64,000 nucleotides of DNA from a virus (Duplodnaviria; Caudoviricetes): positions 1 through 64,000 of IMG/VR virus record IMGVR_UViG_3300010347_003561; one strand, 5' to 3'. Under the pieces are notes generated by a model. The model made no database searches. It saw only the letters and a list, made by a program, of their open reading frames with translations, and was not told the origin of the DNA. Positions 10,233-19,457 of the stretch are shown here, in pieces. Made by a program: the position numbers and the translations under genes. Each line of letters starts with the position of its first letter. Positions within the stretch are counted from its first letter, which is position 1.

Positions 10233-10826
10233 TTACTGAGCTGCCGAAGTAACTAAATCTTTAACCTTCCCTATTTTCATGAACGGGAACACTCTTCTGG
10301 CAACGAATTGGCAACCTTCGACGACTGAAGCCTGCCCGAGTTCGATCGAATGGGTGTTGCTCGCGAAGATGACGTCTTTGACTATCATTATTCCGATATC
10401 GCTCTCGTCATTCAAGCCGCCGGCATGACCGAGTATAACGATGTCTATAGGCAAAAGGTCTGTAAGCAATTTTGGAGTTATTTTCACAAGAAGATCCACT
10501 ACACTGCCGTCTCCAACCGAACCTATTTTCCCGGCATAACTTTCGCCAGGGTCATTCGGGCTAAATCTTCTTTTGAAGAATCCTGCAGTATGCCTATAAT
10601 CGTCTTTAAGCAGTTCGTAAAGCGATGTTCCGTCGATGTTGGCGTTCCTTATAAATCCGGTAGTCCCCCTGTTTCCCCTGTAAACGACGGTGTTGTCCCG
10701 GGAACCTACGAATGGAACGTTGGTCATTTCCCTGTTGACCTGGACGGTTATGCCCTGGATTGTTCCGAGGCGCACTCCGTGAGTCGAGTCGATTATGTAA
10801 ATCTGGTTAGGCGTAAAAGCGGGCAA
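10233..10826 (-). CDS. Tail-tube-fold structural protein (paralog 3)
   Basis: LGTIQGITVQVNRE...G.RG.TG, LLPIDIVILG, FVAR. Start reassigned to TTG 10826 after GGAGGTG. Confidence 0.55.
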   Translation of the reverse strand: MPAFTPNQIYIIDSTHGVRLGTIQGITVQVNREMTNVPFVGSRDNTVVYRGNRGTTGFIRNANIDGTSLYELLKDDYRHTAGFFKRRFSPNDPGESYAGKIGSVGDGSVVDLLVKITPKLLTDLLPIDIVILGHAGGLNDESDIGIMIVKDVIFASNTHSIELGQASVVEGCQFVARRVFPFMKIGKVKDLVTSAAQ

Positions 10827-10843
10827 TTCACTCACCTCCAAGT

Positions 10844-10855
10844 GAAGGAATAACA
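10844..10855 (-). promoter_or_regulatory. Putative late promoter TGTTATTCCTTC
   Basis: Identical 12-mer at 15957-15968 and 20888-20899, each just upstream of a structural-gene RBS. Confidence 0.6.
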
Positions 10856-10864
10856 ACGAAAGCG

Positions 10865-10892
10865 AAAAACGGACGACCTGTTTTGCCGTCCG
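10865..10892 (-). terminator. Intrinsic terminator
   Basis: CGGACGGC...GTCGTCCG stem plus T5 on the minus strand. Confidence 0.6.
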
Positions 10893-10920
10893 CTGTTGAG
10901 AAGGGGGTAATGCGAAGAGG

Positions 10921-11601
10921 TTAAAGAGATGCCGGTTCTGAGAAGATCGGTTTCCACGAGTCTATTGATCTTGCAACGAAATCTATGGTTTCGGATATCA
11001 CGGGCGAACCTGCGGCTATATCCATTCTTATCGTCGAGAATCTCACGTCGCGAATGGTCATCTTGTATGCCTGCACGTTGTAACCTCTGTTGGCATCGTC
11101 TCCGGTTATCGCGCCAGCTTCAGGCATTCCTATGAGCATTATGTCGAGCGCCGGGAATTCGTCTAGGCCGAGAGGGAGATACGTGTTCCAATCGATCGGC
11201 GTGTCGTTGGAGAAGTTTGTTTGGACCGCTTCTATATCCCACAACTGCCTTATCGTGTTCTCGAACTTCGAATTGCCGTCCTTCAAATACGGGAAATCCG
11301 AAAACTTCACGGTTTCGCCCACGATAGGATCTGAGAGCCTCACGACTTCGAAACGCTTCTTGTCGTTGTACCTGGCATCGACTATCTTCTTGAAAAGCGA
11401 GTCTTCTATTACGGCGTTCACGAGCCTTCCGTAAACAACGTACGCGGAATCGCCGAAGTCGATAGGGTCGATGCTTCCTAATCCGTGAAGCGGAACTCTG
11501 TTTTTAGCTATCCTGGCCATTATCGACTGAGCGGTCGCTATAGTCACTCCGTCAACTGTCAGAACGATGTTGGTCGGACCTATCGCAAACATTCTAGGCA
11601 T
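10921..11601 (-). CDS. Tail-tube-fold structural protein (paralog 2)
   Basis: PLHGLGSIDP nearly identical to PLYGLGSIDP of 11614-12186; FPALDIMLIG; DFVAR. Start at ATG 11601 after GAGGTG. Confidence 0.65.
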   Translation of the reverse strand: MPRMFAIGPTNIVLTVDGVTIATAQSIMARIAKNRVPLHGLGSIDPIDFGDSAYVVYGRLVNAVIEDSLFKKIVDARYNDKKRFEVVRLSDPIVGETVKFSDFPYLKDGNSKFENTIRQLWDIEAVQTNFSNDTPIDWNTYLPLGLDEFPALDIMLIGMPEAGAITGDDANRGYNVQAYKMTIRDVRFSTIRMDIAAGSPVISETIDFVARSIDSWKPIFSEPASL

Positions 11602-11613
11602 AAGGATCACCTC

Positions 11614-12186
11614 TTACGCCGTTGCCTGAGCTTTGTGCCAACCACTAAACTTTCTGCAAAGGAATTCGAGTCTCTTGACAGGAGCCGTTCCATCAACATC
11701 GACTCCGAAGTCTTCGGAATTGAAAACCACGTCTCTCATAACGGCTTTATAATAAGCACCCGACACGTCGTCTTCCTGAATGCCGATGAGCATAATATCT
11801 ACCGGAAGGAACTCGGTTATGTTTCTCGGCACGAACTTGTACGCAGTAACGCCTTCCGCGAGGTTCCCTATGGTGTCAATCTCGCCGGAGAGGAAGTCCT
11901 GGTCGTATATGCCGAACAACTTTCCGCTTGCTCCGAGCGCGCCGATTCTGTGCTTCTGCTGCGCCTTTATCGCCTCGAAAACATTGTCAACGTCGAAGAT
12001 TACGTAGTCGAGAGAACCTGTAATTAGCCTCACGGACCTTCCGAACAGGTCGGGATCGATAGAACCAAGTCCGTAAAGAGGGTTCACTTTTCTGGAAACA
12101 TTCAGTCTTACAGACATCGCGTTACCGACGACCGTGCTTCCAACAACAAGCTGTATATTGCTTCCGCCTATTGAAAACTGTGGCAT
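11614..12186 (-). CDS. Major tail tube protein candidate (paralog 1)
   Basis: First gene after the sheath, strong AAGGAGG RBS, beta-rich pattern RKVNPLYGLG...RLITGSL. Confidence 0.7.
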   Translation of the reverse strand: MPQFSIGGSNIQLVVGSTVVGNAMSVRLNVSRKVNPLYGLGSIDPDLFGRSVRLITGSLDYVIFDVDNVFEAIKAQQKHRIGALGASGKLFGIYDQDFLSGEIDTIGNLAEGVTAYKFVPRNITEFLPVDIMLIGIQEDDVSGAYYKAVMRDVVFNSEDFGVDVDGTAPVKRLEFLCRKFSGWHKAQATA

Positions 12187-12212
12187 TGTACTTTTCCTCC
12201 TTGATTTAGCGT

Positions 12213-12244
12213 AAAAACGCAGGGGAGCTTACGCCCCCCGGCGT
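12213..12244 (-). terminator. Intrinsic terminator after the sheath gene
   Basis: GGGGGC-GTAA-GCTCCC stem plus T5 on the minus strand. Confidence 0.55.
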
Positions 12245-12247
12245 CAA

Positions 12248-13765
12248 TTAGGCTGCGATCTTTCCGTAAACGGCCTTGATTCTTACTGCTCTGATCTCCA
12301 TGTAGGCGCGGATAGTCATGTTGACTTCTACCTGTCCGACGGTTCCACCGGCCTCTGTTACCTTTACGTCGGCGACGCCGAAAGCGAACTTACCGTCGGC
12401 GGCCGCTTCGTTGAGAAACTTCTGGATCTCGTTCTTCATAGACTCGCGCATGGCAAGGCTATTTGGTTTGCCTATATATCTCTTCGCGATGGTTCTGGCG
12501 CCGTCAACACAGTAATTGGCCACCGCGACCGAATCGTATCTGGAGTACGAGCTGGCCTCGTCGGCGAAGGTCCTGAAGTCGGGAATCTCATAGACCGGGC
12601 CGGTAGCTGTTCCGCCGGCCACCCTCGGGACGATTATTCCTGCGGCGAGAAGATCTGTTATATCTGTTTCCGAGAGTGCGAATGCGCTTCTGAATCTTGC
12701 CGAAGAGGGAATTTCGATGAGTAAGGAGCCGCTGCCAGGAGTTCTGGAGGCCGCGAGTCCGCAGAGATATCCTGCCATTGACTTGAGCGTTCTTCCGTCG
12801 GAGCTGAAGAGACCGGACACAACCACGTGCTTGCCGAGGTCTATTTCTACTCCTAGTTCGTCGGAAACCCTGGAGCCGGCGTAGGTGCCATCACCGGTCT
12901 TGTAGAATCCGGTGTTCCCGAAGGTCACCAGAGAGCTCTTCCAAGTGGCTATTCCTGTCGAGGTTATCGACACCGGCTTCTTGACAGTCATGAACCCGAC
13001 TACGCTTCCGTAATTGGTTGAGAGCCCTTCGAGGAGTTTGGCGAATGTATAGCCAATATAGGCGTCCGTATCGCCGGTAGCTTCATCGGCAGGCTTTTCC
13101 ATGAACACGGCGTAAGAAGGGGAAACTGCGCCGAGCGAGAGGAAGGCTTCGGTGAGAGCGGCTTTGTAATCTGCGGTGGTTGAAGGCACGTCAGCATACT
13201 TGACCGCTATCTTCGCATAATCGCCCTGCGCGAAGACGGCTGCGTCTGTTATCGTTGCCTTTAGGCCAAATGCGTAAATGTCTATAACCGTGGAGCCGGT
13301 TGCGAGCTTGGCCGTCGAGTATTCCTCGATGTAGGATCTTCCTTCGTCGATAGATACCTTGTAAATTCCATCGACTAGATAGATCCTTATGTCTCCGTTC
13401 CATTTGCCTGTGTATGTGCCGGTGACGGAAACACCTGTGTATTCGGTGTCGGTAGCGTTCTTCTTCGCCGTGTAGGTCGTCGGTACGTTCGGCTTTCCGA
13501 GCCTTACTCCAACGATGGTCGCGACGTTGACGTTGCTTCCAAACCCGAGTCTGGTGTTGGTTATGGCTTCGAGCAATGCTCCGTCGAAATAGCTGGCGAG
13601 CTGTTCCGAGTCGTAGATCACGTAAGGCTCGTTGAACATTATTCTCTCACCGTTGTGAGAATCCTTCGAGCTAGTGCCGAAAACGACTATTCTCGGAAGG
13701 CTTGTATTGTAATTTTCTGATATTCCGCCGTCTGTGTAAAATGCCTGTACGCCTGGAAGGTCCAT
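12248..13765 (-). CDS. Contractile tail sheath protein
   Basis: N-terminal LPGV; C-terminal RYIGKPN...IQKFL...VEVNMTIRAYMEIRAVRI typical of sheath C-domains. Confidence 0.85.
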   Translation of the reverse strand: MDLPGVQAFYTDGGISENYNTSLPRIVVFGTSSKDSHNGERIMFNEPYVIYDSEQLASYFDGALLEAITNTRLGFGSNVNVATIVGVRLGKPNVPTTYTAKKNATDTEYTGVSVTGTYTGKWNGDIRIYLVDGIYKVSIDEGRSYIEEYSTAKLATGSTVIDIYAFGLKATITDAAVFAQGDYAKIAVKYADVPSTTADYKAALTEAFLSLGAVSPSYAVFMEKPADEATGDTDAYIGYTFAKLLEGLSTNYGSVVGFMTVKKPVSITSTGIATWKSSLVTFGNTGFYKTGDGTYAGSRVSDELGVEIDLGKHVVVSGLFSSDGRTLKSMAGYLCGLAASRTPGSGSLLIEIPSSARFRSAFALSETDITDLLAAGIIVPRVAGGTATGPVYEIPDFRTFADEASSYSRYDSVAVANYCVDGARTIAKRYIGKPNSLAMRESMKNEIQKFLNEAAADGKFAFGVADVKVTEAGGTVGQVEVNMTIRAYMEIRAVRIKAVYGKIAA

Positions 13766-13780
13766 GAGATCTTTCCTCCT

Positions 13781-14377
13781 TTAATTCATAGAGAGAACTG
13801 TTGTTATTTCTCTGATCACTGATTCATCGGTTTCAAAGATTTTTCTGGTGCGAACGTAGTATTCGAAAGTGGCGACGTATAAAGTCTCGTTCGATACGCT
13901 TATCGTCGAATCCTGGTCCCTGGCGAGCAGCGAAAAGTCCGTTATGCCCTTCGAGAGGATTGCTTTTTTCGCTAAGATCATGAAGTTCTCGAACTCTTCA
14001 GCCACACGCTGACACTCGCTGTAATCGGCCGAATAGACTCTGAACCTGACCAGGTTGTCGTATTCGAGGAAATAAGTTATCCTTGCCGAGATGTTTCCTA
14101 TATCGACGGTCTTGGCCTCGAGCGGATCTTTTGGCTGCCATTGGCCGGAGAAGGGACTGGACTTGTAACTGGCCGGCTGCCTCTTGACCAGAGAGTAAGT
14201 TATCACCGGACCGGAATACGCCCTCTTGCCGAAATCGTCGAGTGGAGTTTCGTGCGTGATCGATACGTTCCTGCTTTTCAGCTCGACATATCTTGCGAAC
14301 ATGGCCTCTACGTGTTCGAGAAAGATCCGTATCTCGTAAGGCTTTATTTCTTTCAGGTTCTCTGCGCTAACTAGCAA
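13781..14377 (-). CDS. Putative tail terminator/completion protein
   Basis: Position before the sheath; beta-rich C-terminus (YVATFEYYVRT). Confidence 0.55.
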   Translation of the reverse strand: MLVSAENLKEIKPYEIRIFLEHVEAMFARYVELKSRNVSITHETPLDDFGKRAYSGPVITYSLVKRQPASYKSSPFSGQWQPKDPLEAKTVDIGNISARITYFLEYDNLVRFRVYSADYSECQRVAEEFENFMILAKKAILSKGITDFSLLARDQDSTISVSNETLYVATFEYYVRTRKIFETDESVIREITTVLSMN

Positions 14378-14771
14378 TTGGAGCCACCTCTTGTTTGTTA
14401 CAGTACAAAATGTAGAACATGGTGTTCCCGTCGATTTCTATTCGTTCCACCGTGTTGACCTCAAAGAAAGAAATAACTACGAAAGGTTTTTTGAGAACGT
14501 TGTTTTCGTGAGCCAATCTCAAAACCATGTCGCCACCGCTAGGTTCTACCTTGAAGTCGGCGGCCGAACAATAGAAGACGTCATATGTCTCGTTCGACAC
14601 TCCGACCGGTTCGTGCCGTATGCTCGCCGATTTTGAGTAATTGGCTGTGTTCAGCGTGTGGTACATCTTCACGAGGTAATCGGCCTTAAAATCGCCGCGG
14701 AACGTTCTGAATCCATAGAATGTGCCGTATTCTTTCAGCTTTTCGTTGATCACCGACTGGAAGTTGTTCAT
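14367..14771 (-). CDS. Putative head-closure/neck protein
   Basis: Position and size (134 aa) only. Confidence 0.4.
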   Translation of the reverse strand: MNNFQSVINEKLKEYGTFYGFRTFRGDFKADYLVKMYHTLNTANYSKSASIRHEPVGVSNETYDVFYCSAADFKVEPSGGDMVLRLAHENNVLKKPFVVISFFEVNTVERIEIDGNTMFYILYCNKQEVAPIAS

Positions 14772-15943
14772 CTGTAATCACGTCCGTCGGTTCTCCAGTT
14801 CCTCTCGAAGAAGCGAGGAGATGAGCCTCCGCGCCTTGCGTTGGCTACGTATCCAGCACTCCTTGACACCTGCTTTTCGAGTTCTTCCAGCCTCTTCTCG
14901 CGTTCTCTCTTGAAGTGTTCAAGCAGAGCCACGATCCGATTGGTTTGCGACTTGACCGACAGGTTGCCTATCATTATGTCGTTCGAAGCGGCGGCGGCCT
15001 CCATGGCCAATCTCTCGCAGATTATCTCGAGCGTTCTGGCGTTTATGTACTGCCTCTCCGGGCCTGTTATTTTGGCGTTGCTGCCTATGAGCACCTTCGC
15101 CGTTATGTCCTCTACGTCCCTTATGGCTTCTAGGATCGAAATGTATATGGTGTTCTGCGCGAGCAGCTTCTCGAGCGGGCCTACCTGCGACTTTATGTAC
15201 GGGAGGCTGACGTAGGCCGGTTTTATTCCCGTGAAGAAGTTCATCGTGGTCGATGAGCCGAGAGTCGAGCCGTCAGACGATTTTATGTCCGGCGAAAGCT
15301 CGACGATTATCGCGCTGTTTTCCGAGAGCTGAGACAGGAAGATTATCTGAAGCACGTTGCCGTAAGGCGTCGCGGCGAACATCATGTCCGAATCTATGAT
15401 CCCGTACGGATTCTCTACGAGAATGGTCGTGAGTTCGTTGAAGTTCTGCATCTCGTCGAGTTCTTTGGAGAAGACTATTTCGAGTCGCCCGTTGAGTACG
15501 GGAGTGTAGCGTGGGTTCCAGTCGGAAACGCTCAAAGATTCGTCTATGGGCGAGAAGCGAGGGTCGAGGTAAGGGTTTTCGGTCGGTATGCTGGTCGAAG
15601 ACTTCACGGTTGACGAGGTAAGAAACTTTATTATCACGTCGTTCTCCAGCTCGTCGCCGTAAACGGACTTGACCACCGCGCCGATCATGAGGTTGAGTCT
15701 AGTAAACGTAAACGTGTACTGAGTAGTGGCCTTCAAAAGCTCGTCGTGTCCCACGGTTAGCGTAGTGTTGTCGTTGCTCCAGACGAGAGTTATCGCAACT
15801 GCGCTCCCCTCGTCGTCTCTCAAGGCTATGCACGACTGCGAAAACGTGTCGTGGTCCACGGGCTTGTCGAAGTTCATCACTATTGGCTGGTTAAGGCTTA
15901 CACCGATCGACGAATGCTCAGGAACTATGCTCGTTAATTTCAT
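14768..15943 (-). CDS. Ig-like (Big_5-type) domain virion protein, possible C-terminal head-tail adaptor
   Basis: P.....V.LNQPIVMNFDKPVD...L...TQYT Ig pattern with a second degenerate copy; helical C-terminus with IGNLSV; follows the capsid gene. Confidence 0.6.
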   Translation of the reverse strand: MKLTSIVPEHSSIGVSLNQPIVMNFDKPVDHDTFSQSCIALRDDEGSAVAITLVWSNDNTTLTVGHDELLKATTQYTFTFTRLNLMIGAVVKSVYGDELENDVIIKFLTSSTVKSSTSIPTENPYLDPRFSPIDESLSVSDWNPRYTPVLNGRLEIVFSKELDEMQNFNELTTILVENPYGIIDSDMMFAATPYGNVLQIIFLSQLSENSAIIVELSPDIKSSDGSTLGSSTTMNFFTGIKPAYVSLPYIKSQVGPLEKLLAQNTIYISILEAIRDVEDITAKVLIGSNAKITGPERQYINARTLEIICERLAMEAAAASNDIMIGNLSVKSQTNRIVALLEHFKREREKRLEELEKQVSRSAGYVANARRGGSSPRFFERNWRTDGRDYR

Positions 15944-15956
15944 GCTCTCACCCTGA

Positions 15957-15968
15957 GAAGGAATAACA
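15957..15968 (-). promoter_or_regulatory. Putative late promoter TGTTATTCCTTC
   Basis: Same 12-mer; abuts the T-tract of the capsid terminator, just upstream of the next ATG. Confidence 0.6.
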
Positions 15969-15991
15969 AAAAAGCCCGGCAGAGCCGGGCT
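15968..15991 (-). terminator. Intrinsic terminator after the capsid gene
   Basis: GCCCGGC-TCT-GCCGGGC plus T6. Confidence 0.8.
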
Positions 15992-16005
15992 AGTTATTCA
16001 TTCGA

Positions 16006-17280
16006 TTATGGATTTGGAATGAGCGTCGGGAACTTCTCGTAAGACTTCTTGAGAGTTATGCCCTTTATGAGGGACATACCATCGCCTTTGTAGGCTGGAG
16101 CGACTGCGTATCTCTCGATTATCTTGGTCTTGCGGATATCCCTGTACTTGTCGTCGTAATCACTGGTGGTCGGAAGCTGGTTTACGACGAGAAGACCGAG
16201 CGCAGCGCTGTCGGCGATAATGAGGTCAACTGTATTTTCTGTCGGATTGAAAGGAGCGAACGGAGAGAGCACGACGTTGAAGTCAACACCGAACAGCGAC
16301 GGGAAATTTATTCCGGCGATCTGTCTTCCGGCGGTCGGGTACTGGAATTCTCCGAGGTAAGGATCTATTGTGTTCTTGAATGTGACTCCGGCTTTGTTGT
16401 ACCAGCTTCCCATTCTGCCCTGGGTGAAAAGGAACAGGCCTCTGAGAGTCGGGTTGGTAAGGAACACCGGGTAGGAGAGCGGGTGCACGATTATGGTGTT
16501 CGGGCTGAAGCCCTTGGTTATGAGCTTGGAGGCTGCCACGATTATGTCGTCGAACGTGAGTCCGCCGTTGGCGGTTCCGCTGGCGTCAACGCCGCTGGTG
16601 TGCATCGTCGGTTCTTCGCTGTCGTTGTCGAGCGCAACTTTAGCGTTCTGGAAGAGCATTTCGGAGACCTGTACTTCCTTCCATCTCGCCAGAGCCTTGA
16701 GCGATTCGTTTATCATGTGATTCCAGACCGGGAACTCGTTGTACATCAGGGTCTCTTCTGTAACTTCCACGGCGATACCGTGCTTGCCGATTTCGATTTC
16801 CTGATACGAGCCGGTTGTCATCTTGAAGGCTCTAGGCTCCGCGCCTTCGCCCATCGAAAGGTTTCCGCCGAATCCGGACAGGAAGGGCCACTTCATTCTG
16901 AGGCCGGTGAAGGTCATCTTCTGGAGCATGTTGGTGAGTACGAGGTTAGGTTCGATAGCCTCGACGAATCTCTTGGTGACGACTTTCGGGAAGAACTCCG
17001 CGAACTCCTCCGAGGTTATGAGGTCCTTGAGCATTCTTCTTTCGACCGATGTTTTTGCATACGTCGCGGCAACGGGGTCGATGTATCCGTCGCACGAGAG
17101 AATCATATCGAGAGCTGCGGAGCCCCTGTCTCTCTCTATGGCTTTCTTGATAGCCTCTGGTGCGAAGAGCGCGTAGTCCCTCGCGACGACGTTGCTCTGT
17201 ATCTTCTGGTCTATGGTCTTTTCGATCCTGGCCATCAGATCTTCTATCGTAGGATTGGCTGTCATTGTTTCAGTGAGCAT
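16006..17280 (-). CDS. Major capsid protein (HK97 fold)
   Basis: MGEGAEP, IGKHGIAVEVTEE, PNTIIVHP, IIERY motifs; strong RBS; followed by a terminator. Confidence 0.85.
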   Translation of the reverse strand: MLTETMTANPTIEDLMARIEKTIDQKIQSNVVARDYALFAPEAIKKAIERDRGSAALDMILSCDGYIDPVAATYAKTSVERRMLKDLITSEEFAEFFPKVVTKRFVEAIEPNLVLTNMLQKMTFTGLRMKWPFLSGFGGNLSMGEGAEPRAFKMTTGSYQEIEIGKHGIAVEVTEETLMYNEFPVWNHMINESLKALARWKEVQVSEMLFQNAKVALDNDSEEPTMHTSGVDASGTANGGLTFDDIIVAASKLITKGFSPNTIIVHPLSYPVFLTNPTLRGLFLFTQGRMGSWYNKAGVTFKNTIDPYLGEFQYPTAGRQIAGINFPSLFGVDFNVVLSPFAPFNPTENTVDLIIADSAALGLLVVNQLPTTSDYDDKYRDIRKTKIIERYAVAPAYKGDGMSLIKGITLKKSYEKFPTLIPNP

Positions 17281-17306
17281 GTTAGTTTATCCTCCTTGTT
17301 TACTTA

Positions 17307-18104
17307 CTAGATGTTGAGCTGAATTACAGCGGCCTTCTTGGTTACAGGGTCCATGCCGTCGAGAACTCCGCCGTTTTCCATGCCTGGCAGTCCGAGTCCA
17401 GGAACGGTTATGACCTTCTCATATCCGCCGGTCCACGTCGGATCAGCTTCGAGGTCGATAACCTTGACGACTCTTCCGACGACCTGTTCGAGCGCGGCCG
17501 AGATGTTTGCTATGATGGCAGCAGCGGCTGGCTGCACGTCTTCGATAGCATCACTTATCGAGCTGACTGCGAGCGGAACGTACCAGCCTGTGGAGTCCGG
17601 AACTATGAGCGTACCCGGCAGATATTCGCTGGAATCGTAATCTCCGGAGAGTGCCACGAGAATCATCCAGTCGGCCAGGATCGTGACCTCAAGGTCCATC
17701 TGGTAAGAAGGATCGGCCTGCATGTCCCACACGTGGTAATCTCTGAACACGACACCGAGCGGTTTGTTGCCTCTGAGGCCGGGAACTGCTTCGGCGGGCG
17801 CGGCCACTCTAGCGTCGGTCTTTTTGTTGGTGAAGGTCGTTATGTCGTAAACTCCTTCGGCAACGTCGAGCACAGTATAGTTGAAAACGGAATCGACTCC
17901 GCCGTTGGCAGGCACCACGTAACCGAACTGATCGAGCGAGACTATCGTGCCGGCTTCGAGGACTATACCTCTCTTCATTTCGGTATCGTATTTGACAACA
18001 GGAAGATAAGGGGCTGGCCTGAGCTTGAGTCCGGAGGCTATCCTTACACCTTCTGTGTATTCCGCGAATTTCTTGACACTTCCTTTTCTAGTTATGAGTG
18101 GCAT
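17307..18104 (-). CDS. Capsid decoration / minor head protein
   Basis: Between protease and capsid gene; GTIVSLD..GYVVPANGG; strong RBS. Confidence 0.55.
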   Translation of the reverse strand: MPLITRKGSVKKFAEYTEGVRIASGLKLRPAPYLPVVKYDTEMKRGIVLEAGTIVSLDQFGYVVPANGGVDSVFNYTVLDVAEGVYDITTFTNKKTDARVAAPAEAVPGLRGNKPLGVVFRDYHVWDMQADPSYQMDLEVTILADWMILVALSGDYDSSEYLPGTLIVPDSTGWYVPLAVSSISDAIEDVQPAAAAIIANISAALEQVVGRVVKVIDLEADPTWTGGYEKVITVPGLGLPGMENGGVLDGMDPVTKKAAVIQLNI

Positions 18105-18119
18105 TGATAATTACCCTCC

Positions 18120-19442
18120 TTATTTGCCTTTGTTAACCTTCAGAGCATCGTTGACCATTTCTGTGATTGTGGGGATTTGCGGTTTTACGTCTCCGTCTTT
18201 GATCAGCGTTTCGGAACTTTTAATCGTCTTGGCTTCGGGGTTGACGGCAGGCGGGTTGGTCGGATCGGCTGGCGCTGCAGTATCCGCCGCAGGGGCCGGA
18301 GGCGGCGTCTGCGCATCTTCCGTCTTGTCGGTCGGCTTGTCGTCTTCGACCGGCGCCGGCTTTACCTTGGAGTCCTCGACTTTCTTGAGCTGTTCGGAGA
18401 TTTCCGAATACATTTCGTTGAGTTCTTCGAGGCTCTTGGAAGAAAGCTTGTCTATGATCTTGTTTTTCTCGTCATCGGTAAGGTTCTGGTACGAAGACAG
18501 ACCGAGCTGAGTCTTTCCATCTACAACCTTAACCGCGACTTCTCTTCTCTTCACGTTCAGCCTGTCGGTTTCGATCGATTCGAGTTTTTCAATTCTGGTA
18601 TTGAAAGCGCCGAGCTTTTCGTCGAGGTTCTTGACAATCGCATCTAACGAGGCGAGTCTGTCGGCAAGTTCTTTTTCCATCTGTTTTTCCTCCCCAATTT
18701 CTTTGCTTATTGAATCGGTGCCTTCAGAAGAAGAAATAACTACACTACTGTCTTTATCAGGTACTTTTCCTACGAAGAAGGCGAATTCGTCGGCCGGTAG
18801 AGTTGCGAAACTCAGTTCCTTGTAATGGAAGCCTTTTGGTATATCGACGCATTTCTTCCCGTCGTAAACCTTTCCGACGCGGTGCGGGCAGGCGTCGTAA
18901 TCGGTGAGGTCTTTGCCGCAGATGCTGCAGGTGTGTCTGTCCGGGAACATGCCCACCGAGACGGTGTTGAAAGCACCGTTCCTGACCTTCTCGTACATAT
19001 CCTGGTCGGTCAGTTCCACTTTCAGCAAAACTGCTCCGGTGGCATTTTCTGGCCACGGTATTTTTTCGTTTCCGACCATGTCCTTAATAACTCCGAGTTC
19101 GCCGGAGGTGAAGTAAATGGCTTCGAGGACCTTTCCAACCGGATCGCTCCAGTCGTTGTGGTGTTTGAGTACCGGCTTCTGGTAAGGATAAATCCACGTA
19201 TCTATCGCTGCCGTTATCTCCGATTGAATGTAGATCCTGTTGTTTATCTCCACGTCGGAATGTGTGGCGATCACCCAAAACTTGTTGCCGGAAGTGACGA
19301 GTGCGTCTTCGATAACCGAATCGTCGGCAAAGGCGATGATCGGCATCGTCTGTTTTATGATTTCGCTGTTCCTGTTCTCGACGTGACCTTTCATTATTCC
19401 GTCTATGAAACCGCTGTTTTTTATGAATCTATCGAATTTCAT
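18120..19442 (-). CDS. Prohead protease with C-terminal scaffold
   Basis: KPVLKHH...PVG, TVSVG, CSICG...CPH..GK.YDG, ELSF...PAD; coiled-coil and Pro-rich tail. Confidence 0.8.
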   Translation of the reverse strand: MKFDRFIKNSGFIDGIMKGHVENRNSEIIKQTMPIIAFADDSVIEDALVTSGNKFWVIATHSDVEINNRIYIQSEITAAIDTWIYPYQKPVLKHHNDWSDPVGKVLEAIYFTSGELGVIKDMVGNEKIPWPENATGAVLLKVELTDQDMYEKVRNGAFNTVSVGMFPDRHTCSICGKDLTDYDACPHRVGKVYDGKKCVDIPKGFHYKELSFATLPADEFAFFVGKVPDKDSSVVISSSEGTDSISKEIGEEKQMEKELADRLASLDAIVKNLDEKLGAFNTRIEKLESIETDRLNVKRREVAVKVVDGKTQLGLSSYQNLTDDEKNKIIDKLSSKSLEELNEMYSEISEQLKKVEDSKVKPAPVEDDKPTDKTEDAQTPPPAPAADTAAPADPTNPPAVNPEAKTIKSSETLIKDGDVKPQIPTITEMVNDALKVNKGK

Positions 19443-19457
19443 GTCGTCATCCTTTCC

